From IMG/VR virus record IMGVR_UViG_3300049919_000418, positions 22,928 through 86,927 of that record: 64,000 nt of DNA; one strand, written 5' to 3'. A model generated the notes under the pieces. That model made no database searches. It was not told the origin of the DNA and worked only from the letters and a program-made list of their open reading frames with translations. The DNA comes from a virus (Duplodnaviria > Heunggongvirae > Uroviricota > Caudoviricetes). Shown one piece after another: positions 48,192-54,879 of this stretch. Positions within the stretch are counted from its first letter, which is position 1. Each line of letters opens with the position of its first letter. Position numbers and translations under genes: made by a program.

Positions 48192-50186
48192 ATGAGCGAC
48201 TTAAAATTACTATTACACAAAAAAATAGGCGGCGTTTGGACCCCGGTAAACGAAACCGATTTCCCAGCGTCGTTTTCTTTTGCGTTTGGAGATCTAACAG
48301 GAAAACCCACGACACTTGCGGGGTATGGAATAAGCGACGCCGCATCGCTTTCCCACACTCACACCTTTGCAAGCCTTACTAGTAAGCCCACAACACTAGC
48401 TGGTTATGGTATTGGTGACGCCGCCAGTGCGGGACACACCCACACTTTCGCCAGCTTAACAAGTAAACCTACGACGCTTGCGGGGTATGGAATAACAGAT
48501 GCGGCTGGAATCAGTCACACCCACACTTTCGCTAGCTTAACAAGTAAACCTACGACGCTTGCGGGGTATGGAATAGTTGACGGAGAAGCGCAAACTTACT
48601 CCGGTTCAAACGCGCCGATCAATACGGGGGATGCAACAATATCCGTCTCTGGAATTACGGTTCCTTCTGGGGCGAATGGGGTATATACCATTTCCGGGGT
48701 TTCCAACGGATATTATAAGTATTCAAAAGGCGGGTATTTTATTGAATTCAATGGTTCATTTTGGGAGTTTGGGCTCACTTCGCCGTATGATCTTTATTTC
48801 TCTAGCGGCTATTTGGAGACACTACCCGAAGACGCGGTATTTTATCCCGAATCAGGAGCATCCGGTTCTCCAATTTTGTTTTCCAATTCCAATAAAAGTA
48901 AGCTTGGGTCGATTTATATTGGAGAAGCGGAGGCGGACGAATCTAGGGCGGCTTATATTAGCACAAGAGATAGCCTTATCGCGGGGTATCGTTGGTTAAA
49001 AGTTCCAACGACAATGATTGATATAGAAAATATTATTATTGGCGGGGATTTAATTGCTTTTAAAGATGACTTAGGTATATCTTCGATAACTGGAAACAAT
49101 ACTTATTATGGTGTAAATACCTTTGCTTCAACACTTGTGGTCGAAAATCAAATCGCATTTGATGCGGCGAGTTCATTTATTTATAATGGTGATTCTGCGG
49201 CAACCCATAGGGCTGCATTAAATGCAGCAAGTCTTTTGAGTAATAATACTTTTGAAGATAATTGTAGTTTTCTTGAAAATGTTAATTTTTATGAGACTGT
49301 ATCTATCAATAGTGGAATTACTTTTGCTGAGGGTGGATATTTTTCATATGGAACAGGCGCAGCGGCTTTCCACAGAGCTTCATTGGGCGCGGCAGGATTG
49401 GAAGACGACAACGTTTTTACTGCGTCGAATTTGTTTTCGGCTGGAGTTGCTTTCGACGCCGGATTTGAGCTTTATGGAACGGCGCATTTTAACTCAGGAC
49501 TTACCTTTGATTATGCTTCTGGAGTTGCGGCAACCCATCGCACAGCGTTAGGGTTGACCATAGGAACGAACGTTCAAGCATACGATGCGGCTCTTGCGGC
49601 GTTGGCGGGTGGAAGTGATTTTGTTCAATTCACAGGTCCAACAACCTCGACTAAGGTTTTTACTCTTCCTAATGCAAATGCAACGTTGGCAAGAACGGAT
49701 GCGGGGCAAACGTTTGTGGGGAACAACATTTTTTCAGGAACAGGAATCTTCAATAGTGACTTAACACTAAACGGTGATACTTTTGTAGCTGGAGTTATGG
49801 AGTTCGACGGAAACGCGCTGTTCTATCAATATGTTTCGTTCAGCAACGATGTTGCTTTTTTTGGAAAATTTCAATTAAACGCCGCGCCAATCCTTTCCGC
49901 GAACTCTATGTCAGGTGCGGGAGCAGTTAGTATTTTCTTGCCAACAACAAAATTAACAACAACAGCGCCGGGACATGCACTTACGTTGGCGAACGGGGAG
50001 GATGGGCAAATTAAGACTATCGCACACGTTGCCAGCAGCGGCAGCGGAACGGCGATTTTAACTCCAGCAACAAAAACCGGATACACGACGATTACCTTCA
50101 ACGCTTTGGGCGATACGGTAACGCTTCAATATTTCACAACGGTTGGTTGGTTGGTGATTGGGTCTAGGGGGGTAACGATTGCATAA
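48192..50186 (+). CDS. Tail fibre protein
   Basis: KPTTLAGYGI-D tail-fibre repeats; ALGLTIGTNVQAYDA motif; beta-rich C-terminus. Confidence 0.8.
   Translation: MSDLKLLLHKKIGGVWTPVNETDFPASFSFAFGDLTGKPTTLAGYGISDAASLSHTHTFASLTSKPTTLAGYGIGDAASAGHTHTFASLTSKPTTLAGYGITDAAGISHTHTFASLTSKPTTLAGYGIVDGEAQTYSGSNAPINTGDATISVSGITVPSGANGVYTISGVSNGYYKYSKGGYFIEFNGSFWEFGLTSPYDLYFSSGYLETLPEDAVFYPESGASGSPILFSNSNKSKLGSIYIGEAEADESRAAYISTRDSLIAGYRWLKVPTTMIDIENIIIGGDLIAFKDDLGISSITGNNTYYGVNTFASTLVVENQIAFDAASSFIYNGDSAATHRAALNAASLLSNNTFEDNCSFLENVNFYETVSINSGITFAEGGYFSYGTGAAAFHRASLGAAGLEDDNVFTASNLFSAGVAFDAGFELYGTAHFNSGLTFDYASGVAATHRTALGLTIGTNVQAYDAALAALAGGSDFVQFTGPTTSTKVFTLPNANATLARTDAGQTFVGNNIFSGTGIFNSDLTLNGDTFVAGVMEFDGNALFYQYVSFSNDVAFFGKFQLNAAPILSANSMSGAGAVSIFLPTTKLTTTAPGHALTLANGEDGQIKTIAHVASSGSGTAILTPATKTGYTTITFNALGDTVTLQYFTTVGWLVIGSRGVTIA
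48303..48581 (+). repeat. 3.5 x 81-nt coding tandem repeat (27 aa, KPTTLAGYGIxDAAxxxHTHTFASLTS)
   Basis: Read directly; 48435-48494 and 48516-48575 are 59/60 identical. Confidence 0.95.
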
Positions 50187-50202
50187 AAAATTAAAAAAAA
50201 GA

Positions 50203-50230
50203 TTGACGGCGCGGAATTTTCTGGTATTCT
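50203..50230 (+). promoter_or_regulatory. sigma70-like promoter, probably giving a leaderless mRNA
   Basis: TTGACG-16-TATTCT with TGn; ATG begins 7 nt after the -10 box. Confidence 0.5.
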
Positions 50231-50236
50231 TCGTCC

Positions 50237-50764
50237 ATGGAATTCAAAAATAAAGATAATACCTGCTACGACACAACTTGCGGCAAAAAAGTTTGGCATT
50301 CGCGAAATGTGGCCACATCGACCACTATTATCCGAACAAAGCCGGAAAATAAGACGAAAATTCAAATTTTGGGAGTCAAGCGCGGCCCGAAAGTTACGAA
50401 TACGGGAAAATACTGCTTTCCGTGTGGATATCTTGATTGGGATGAAAGTGTGCCTCAAGCTGCTGTTCGGGAGATTTACGAGGAAACTGGATTGACAATA
50501 AATCTTCACGAATTGGATTTTGTGGAGTTGGATAGCAGTCCGTTAAAGTTTCTGCAAAACGTAACAGTTCATTTCGTGCATTATTACGTTGGCTCCGATG
50601 AGCCTCACTTGCGCAATTCTGCGGAAGGTGAAGTCGATGAGGTTCGTTGGATTGACTTTGAGGAGGCAATGGAATTGGATTGGGCCTTCGACCATAAATT
50701 AAGGATTAAAACTTTGATTAGAAACATGGAAGAAAACACTCCCAAATTGCCTGAAACAGTGTAA
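50237..50764 (+). CDS. NUDIX hydrolase
   Basis: PCGYLDWDESVPQAAVREIYEETG Nudix box. Confidence 0.85.
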   Translation: MEFKNKDNTCYDTTCGKKVWHSRNVATSTTIIRTKPENKTKIQILGVKRGPKVTNTGKYCFPCGYLDWDESVPQAAVREIYEETGLTINLHELDFVELDSSPLKFLQNVTVHFVHYYVGSDEPHLRNSAEGEVDEVRWIDFEEAMELDWAFDHKLRIKTLIRNMEENTPKLPETV

Positions 50765-50774
50765 TACACTAATA

Positions 50775-50987
50775 GTGAGAATTCGTAACATTTGTGACAT
50801 TGTTGTAACTTCCGGCCCAGAGCGTAGGACTGGAATGGCTGGAAGAGTTTTGGCAAATGAAACACGGGGCGTGTTGGCGATTTTAGCGAATGGAGAAAAG
50901 CTGAGCCTTAAAAACGAACAGTTTGATTATATTTCAGAATTGGAAATTAATTCTTCACAAGAAGAAGAAAAGTGTGTAAAAGAATAA
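50775..50987 (+). CDS. Small hypothetical protein
   Basis: 70 aa, GTG start after a GTGTAA box. Confidence 0.45.
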   Translation: MRIRNICDIVVTSGPERRTGMAGRVLANETRGVLAILANGEKLSLKNEQFDYISELEINSSQEEEKCVKE

Positions 50988-50992
50988 AGGGT

Positions 50993-51070
50993 ATGAAAAT
51001 TAGAAGTAATAGCACAGTGTCCGCGAAATGCGGCTCAACCTTTGGGTTTAATCACCCTTTGGCGGCGTAA
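50993..51070 (+). CDS. 25-aa peptide MKIRSNSTVSAKCGSTFGFNHPLAA
   Basis: Short ORF between a GTGTAA box and a terminator, ending in LAA. Confidence 0.35.
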   Translation: MKIRSNSTVSAKCGSTFGFNHPLAA

Positions 51071-51101
51071 TTATTTTAATTTAATATTTTAATTTTTATT
51101 A

Positions 51102-51131
51102 CCCGCTCTCCAAATAGGAAGCGGGCTTTTT
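51102..51131 (+). terminator. Intrinsic terminator upstream of the tRNA cluster
   Basis: CCCGCT...AGCGGG followed by CTTTTT. Confidence 0.7.
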
Positions 51132-51273
51132 ATTGGAAGGTTTGTCAGTTGTGCCTGAAACAATGAGTGTGAGCTAGAGGCGAGCGGGGTAATGAAACAA
51201 ATACATCGAAACAACCTTTTCATTGGTAGAAATATAAATTCAAATTAGAATATATTCTCCAGTGATAAAATAT

Positions 51274-51346
51274 CCACACTAAACTAATCTAGTGAAAGTG
51301 CGATTCTGAAAAAATCGAAAGGGAGGGGCGGAACCTCCAGTGTGGA
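51274..51346 (+). tRNA. tRNA-Phe(GAA), non-canonical T-loop
   Basis: CCACACT/AGTGTGG acceptor; CGATT-CTGAAAA-AATCG; GGAGG-GGCGGAA-CCTCC. Confidence 0.75.
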
Positions 51347-51362
51347 CTTTTTAAAAAAAGTC

Positions 51363-51391
51363 TTGACAAAGAACAAAAATAAGTGTAAACA
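51363..51391 (+). promoter_or_regulatory. sigma70-like promoter for the tRNA operon
   Basis: TTGACA-17-TAAACA directly before tRNA-fMet. Confidence 0.55.
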
Positions 51392-51394
51392 GGT

Positions 51395-51466
51395 GTGGGG
51401 CAGGTGGTCTGGTTGACCATATTGGGTTCATATCCCGATGAGGCTTGTTCGATTCAGCGCCCCGAA
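51395..51466 (+). tRNA. Initiator-type tRNA-fMet(CAU)
   Basis: TTGGG-TTCATAT-CCCGA (three G-C pairs); 1:72 mismatch; T-stem has a bulge. Confidence 0.7.
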
Positions 51467-51536
51467 CCTAAAACAATGAAATCCAACTGACTATTGGAGA
51501 TTAGATGTTAAGCCTATTGGCTAGTCACCGATAGGA

Positions 51537-51607
51537 AGGACTTTGGTGTAACAGCAACATGCCCGTCGCTTATGGCGGGAGACAAGGTGCAAATCCTTAA
51601 TGTCCAA
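51537..51607 (+). tRNA. tRNA-like gene with 8-nt anticodon loop (CGCTTATG); identity undetermined
   Basis: Acceptor, D- and T-arms present; CCCGT/GCGGG stem. Confidence 0.45.
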
Positions 51608-51608
51608 C

Positions 51609-51694
51609 GGAAAGTTAACCAGTCAGGGATTGGAGCTAATTGCTAATTAGCATGTGGCCTATAAAGCCATAGATTTCGAGTATCTATCTTTCCT
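51609..51694 (+). tRNA. tRNA-Ser(GCU)
   Basis: GCTAA-TTGCTAA-TTAGC; long V-arm; TTCGAGT T-loop. Confidence 0.8.
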
Positions 51695-51705
51695 CTTTTT
51701 ATAAA

Positions 51706-51792
51706 TCTCAGGTGGCGGAATTTGGCAGACGCACTCGACTGTTAATCGAGAAAGGGGAACCTTAACTACTGGATCGTGGCCAGTTCTGAGAG
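51706..51792 (+). tRNA. tRNA-Asn(GUU) with a type II (long V-arm) body
   Basis: CTCGA-CTGTTAA-TCGAG; 17-nt V region with AAGG-GGAA-CCTT; G73. Confidence 0.8.
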
Positions 51793-51837
51793 CGAGTCTT
51801 GACTCCGAATTTTTTATACAGTAGGATCGAGCACAAC

Positions 51838-51909
51838 GCGGGTGTAGCTCAGAGGAAGAGCAAGATGCTTTTAACATCAAGGCCGGGATTTCGAAATTCT
51901 CCGCCCGCA
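51838..51909 (+). tRNA. tRNA-Lys(UUU)
   Basis: Canonical cloverleaf, loop CTTTTAA. Confidence 0.9.
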
Positions 51910-51917
51910 CATATTTA

Positions 51918-51990
51918 GCTAGTGTAGCTCAGAGGCCAGAGCACGCGTCCGATAAATGCGGGGTCGGGATTTCGAAATTCCCCACTAGCA
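51918..51990 (+). tRNA. tRNA-Ile(GAU), C33
   Basis: CGCGT-CCGATAA-ATGCG. Confidence 0.9.
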
Positions 51991-51991
51991 C

Positions 51992-52062
51992 GGGAGATTA
52001 ATTTAATAGTAAAATTACTCGTTTGCACCGAGAGTTCGAGGGAACGTAACCTTCATTTCCTA
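51992..52062 (+). tRNA. tRNA with Ala(UGC) anticodon but no G3:U70
   Basis: GGGAGAT/ATTTCCT acceptor; loop TTTGCAC; T-loop AACGTAA. Confidence 0.65.
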
Positions 52063-52067
52063 CATTT

Positions 52068-52156
52068 GGATCGTGCCGGGGTCGGCCCCCCAAATAGTCT
52101 TGAAAACTATGGTATGCGTAACCACTCGGATAACAGTTCGATGCTGTCACGGTCCT
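52068..52156 (+). tRNA. tRNA-Ser(UGA), atypical D-arm
   Basis: ATAGT-CTTGAAA-ACTAT; long V region. Confidence 0.7.
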
Positions 52157-52166
52157 CCTTTAAAAA

Positions 52167-52239
52167 AGCTCTAGGTCGGAATTGGTTTCCGAAATGATTT
52201 CATAAGTCGTTTAAGCCGGATCGTAACCGGATAGAGCTA
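52167..52239 (+). tRNA. tRNA-Met/Ile2(CAU)
   Basis: AGCTCTA/TAGAGCT; loop TTCATAA; T-loop ATCGTAA. Confidence 0.75.
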
Positions 52240-52240
52240 C

Positions 52241-52331
52241 GGAAAGTTAATCGTCAGGGTGACGGGTCTAATTGGAAATTAGAAGGTTCCAAAATAAAAT
52301 TTGGGATAGATTTCGAGTATCTAGCTTTCCG
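52241..52331 (+). tRNA. tRNA-Ser(GGA)
   Basis: TCTAA-TTGGAAA-TTAGA; long V-arm; G73. Confidence 0.85.
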
Positions 52332-52332
52332 C

Positions 52333-52403
52333 GTCGAATAAATGTTACGGCAGCATGCCTCATTGCCTGTGAGGAAGAGAGGTTTCAATTACCTCATTCG
52401 ATA
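52333..52403 (+). tRNA. tRNA-Gly(GCC), atypical
   Basis: CCTCA-TTGCCTG-TGAGG; U37, A73. Confidence 0.75.
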
Positions 52404-52427
52404 CATTTTTAATTTATTAAAAACAAT

Positions 52428-52501
52428 GACGTATTAGCCAAAAAGAAAGGCAAGGCGCTGCAACCGCCTGATTGAGATTGCAAAATTCTCATACGTCTCC
52501 A
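52428..52501 (+). tRNA. tRNA-Cys(GCA), CCA encoded
   Basis: GACGTAT/ATACGTC, U73, AGGCG-CTGCAAC-CGCCT. Confidence 0.9.
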
Positions 52502-52523
52502 AAAAAAAGATTAATAAAAGATC

Positions 52524-52551
52524 TTGACAAATTCAAAAAGTCCATTATAAT
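52524..52551 (+). promoter_or_regulatory. Near-consensus sigma70 promoter inside the tRNA cluster
   Basis: TTGACA-16-TATAAT. Confidence 0.75.
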
Positions 52552-52564
52552 GGCGGCACACAAA

Positions 52565-52633
52565 GCGCGGTTCGTCTAAGTTAGGACGCCTTCCCCTCCG
52601 GAAGGAAATGAAGTATCAAATCTTCGCCACTCA
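52565..52633 (+). tRNA. Degenerate tRNA-Glu(CUC)-like
   Basis: Glu-type D-arm TCGTCTAAGTTAGGAC; CCTTC-CCCTCCG-GAAGG; two acceptor mismatches. Confidence 0.4.
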
Positions 52634-52637
52634 CAAT

Positions 52638-52706
52638 ACCGGGATATTTTAATGGTAGAAAATCGCAATCAACGCGAAAACGAACGTTCGAATCGTTCTC
52701 CCGGCT
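52638..52706 (+). tRNA. tRNA-like gene with UCA (opal-reading) anticodon
   Basis: TCGC-AATCAAC-GCGA; perfect GAACG-TTCGAAT-CGTTC T-arm; short V. Confidence 0.5.
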
Positions 52707-52709
52707 CAG

Positions 52710-52781
52710 TTTAGAGTAGTATAATGGATATTGCGCCCCGCAAGTAAGAGGGAAATTTTGGTTCGAACCCAAACTCTTAAC
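52710..52781 (+). tRNA. Degenerate tRNA-like gene (loop CAAGTAA, AGU?)
   Basis: Good T-arm and acceptor; anticodon stem only 3 bp. Confidence 0.35.
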
Positions 52782-52786
52782 CTAAT

Positions 52787-52857
52787 GGGCCGGTGTTGTA
52801 ATGGTAGCATCGAAATTTGTGAAATTTCCGGACAGGGATCGTAACCCTGACGGCCCT
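52787..52857 (+). tRNA. tRNA-His(GUG) lacking G-1:C73
   Basis: GAAAT-TTGTGAA-ATTTC; T-loop ATCGTAA; U73. Confidence 0.8.
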
Positions 52858-52862
52858 CATAT

Positions 52863-52932
52863 CGGTTGGTAGCTTATAGAAAAGCGCTCGTGTTGTAATG
52901 AGTAGATGGAGGCTCAAACCCTTCCCTTCCGG
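52863..52932 (+). tRNA. Degenerate tRNA-Thr(UGU)-like, 8-nt loop
   Basis: D- and T-arms present; GCTCG-TGTTGTAA-TGAGT. Confidence 0.35.
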
Positions 52933-53055
52933 CTTACAGTAGTAACAAATAGGAAAGCACTCGATAAGTTCATTGACTTTTTTCAAACAGTAAAAACGAC
53001 AAGTTAGGGTCGCAAGATGCATTGCGCGGATTGAGTTTTTACACTGTATATTTTT

Positions 53056-53128
53056 GGGAGATTAGTTTAATTCTGAAAAACATCCGGCATTTGGCTGGAA
53101 GATGCTGGTTCGAACCCAGCAACTCTCA
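53056..53128 (+). tRNA. tRNA with loop CA-UUU-GG (Lys-reading? identity uncertain)
   Basis: TCCGG-CATTTGG-CTGGA; canonical T-arm; A33, G37. Confidence 0.55.
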
Positions 53129-53165
53129 CATTTGGCAAAATAAATAAATAAAAAAAATAGTATAT

Positions 53166-53243
53166 GGGGGATGGGACTGCTTAGGGTGGTCGTCGCACTT
53201 GCAATGCGAATACAGATCGGGGCAGAACCGATATTCTCCACCA
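53166..53243 (+). tRNA. tRNA-Ala(UGC), G3:U70, CCA encoded
   Basis: GGGGGAT/ATTCTCC; TCGCA-CTTGCAA-TGCGA. Confidence 0.9.
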
Positions 53244-53273
53244 TAATTAATTGATTTTCAGTGAGTTATAAAT

Positions 53274-53348
53274 TATGGTTTAATTTAAATAGTAAAGTCC
53301 CGGAGATTTATACGGGATGATGAAGGATGCAAGGGCCTTCAACCATAG
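53274..53348 (+). tRNA. tRNA-like gene with enlarged anticodon (10 nt) and T (9 nt) loops
   Basis: Perfect TATGGTT/AACCATA acceptor, G73. Confidence 0.4.
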
Positions 53349-53476
53349 CTTTGTTACGTGTAGGTAACAAACCCCTGTCCCAAAACTACAATTGTGGGAC
53401 GACATGAAAAAAGCATCTTGGAGATGCGCTTGCCGTGGAGGCTTGAGAGTTGAAGTTCGAATCTTCATTTTGTGCC

Positions 53477-53581
53477 TTCGGTTCGTGTATAAGTGATCTA
53501 TTTCCCAACTAGTTACAGGAAGTAGAAAAGGGGCAAGGTAGCCCATTATTACTACTTTGGGTTCGATTCCCAAAACCGGAG
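53477..53581 (+). tRNA. 105-nt tRNA-like gene with very long V region
   Basis: TTCGGTT/AACCGGA acceptor, TTGGG-TTCGATT-CCCAA T-arm, G73; anticodon arm irregular. Confidence 0.4.
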
Positions 53582-53682
53582 CATACCTCGCGCCTCTTCG
53601 GCAAATTGCAGCGGTTTAATTTAGGAACAATTTTAAATCAAAGAAAAACAATTGCCGCCATGCGGAATTCGGGGTATTTTAT

Positions 53683-53755
53683 GCGTCGTTCGCCTAGTGG
53701 TATGGCATTTCGCTTCCAACGAAAAATAAGGAGAATTCGATTTTCTCACGGCGCA
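53683..53755 (+). tRNA. tRNA-Gly(UCC), A73
   Basis: TTTCG-CTTCCAA-CGAAA. Confidence 0.9.
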
Positions 53756-53984
53756 CATACGAGAGCTAAAAAGCCTCACATTTATGAAGTTTATTAAAAT
53801 GTTTTTTCACTCACTTTTACTGACTATTATTTTGCCCTGTTTGCTTTGGAGTGTATGCGTCGATTGTAGCGACATTGTTAACTGGTGGCTTGATAGGTTT
53901 TTTAAAATTAAAAATTCATAAAAAGAGCCTCGGCGGCGAAAATTAGTTGTTGACTTTTTGGTGTTTATTTGTAGAGTAGCCGCA

Positions 53985-54665
53985 ATGAAACCGAAATACT
54001 ATATCGTGGGTGGATATGTTCGCGACCTTTTTTTAAATGTAAAAAGTAAGGATGTGGATTTTTGCTGTGAATGCGACTCATACGCTGAAATGAGGGCGGA
54101 CCTTATTTCCAAGGGCGTTGAAATATTTTTGGAGAATGAAAAATTCTTAACAATCAGAGCGCGGCACCCTAAATTTGGTGGAGTTGATTATGTTTGTTGT
54201 CGAGAAGAGGCAGGATACGCTGACGGAAGACGGCCAGACGAAGTAAGGATTGGAACATTGCTATCTGACTTAAGTAGGAGAGACGCGACTTGCAACGCCA
54301 TTGCAATGACCGAAGACGGAGAATTTATTGACCCATTCAATGGAATTGAAGATATTAAAAAGAATCTTTATCGTTGCGTGGGAGACACTTATGAGCGATT
54401 CGAAGAAGATTACCTCAGAATGATTAGGTCCGTGAGGTTTTCTATAACCAAGGGTTTCGCGCTTCACTATGATATTCAGGAAGCTTTTCTTGATAAAAAC
54501 TTGGTAATTAAATTAAAAAACATTAGCCGCGAACGAATTTATGAGGAGTTGAGAAAGTGTTTTGAATTTGATACTAAAAAAACTCTTGACTTCTTCCGCG
54601 AATTTAGCTACTTAGAGCAAGTGATTTTTGGCGAATGCGGAATTAAGCTGGAACCAAAAATTTGA
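53985..54665 (+). CDS. cca: Class II tRNA nucleotidyltransferase (CCA-adding-like, head/neck only)
   Basis: VGGYVRD, DVDF, DLSRRDATCNAIA, DPFNG, EDYLRM; ATG 53985 lies 7 nt after TTGACT-16-TAGAGT. Confidence 0.85.
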   Translation: MKPKYYIVGGYVRDLFLNVKSKDVDFCCECDSYAEMRADLISKGVEIFLENEKFLTIRARHPKFGGVDYVCCREEAGYADGRRPDEVRIGTLLSDLSRRDATCNAIAMTEDGEFIDPFNGIEDIKKNLYRCVGDTYERFEEDYLRMIRSVRFSITKGFALHYDIQEAFLDKNLVIKLKNISRERIYEELRKCFEFDTKKTLDFFREFSYLEQVIFGECGIKLEPKI

Positions 54666-54672
54666 AAGTAAT

Positions 54673-54746
54673 CGGGGTGTAGCTGAGTGGTTATAGCACA
54701 GGTTTTATAAACCTGAGACGCGGGTTCAATTCTTCCGCCATCCCAA
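54673..54746 (+). tRNA. tRNA-Ile(UAU) with C1:A72 mismatch
   Basis: CAGGT-TTTATAA-ACCTG; 2-nt bulge in T-stem. Confidence 0.75.
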
Positions 54747-54754
54747 CTTTTAAG

Positions 54755-54861
54755 GCGCTTGTAGCTTAGGGGTGAAAGCTGCCGTCTCTTTAGCAGAATT
54801 ACATTAACTTGAAATTTTGCAAAATAAACGGTCGATAATGGTTCAACTCCATTCTGGCGCA
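54755..54861 (+). tRNA. tRNA-Lys(CUU) with 35-nt intron in the anticodon loop
   Basis: All arms canonical; GCCGT/ACGGT stem encloses 42 nt. Confidence 0.75.
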
Positions 54862-54879
54862 CATAATAAAATTTAAATA

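Noticed and set aside
48303-48581. CRISPR-like repeat array
   Set aside because: In-frame 81-nt coding repeats without unique spacers; these are tail-fibre repeats.
51136-51222. Additional tRNA (7-bp acceptor-like stem followed by T-CA)
   Set aside because: No T-arm or anticodon arm can be folded. It may be another ncRNA, but support is insufficient.
53403-53475. tRNA-Thr(CGU)-like gene
   Set aside because: Good T-arm, but the acceptor pairs only with a bulge and the loop is irregular; too degenerate to list.
51659-53797. ORF-track proteins within the tRNA cluster
   Set aside because: They overlap tRNA genes (mostly antisense) and show no protein motifs.
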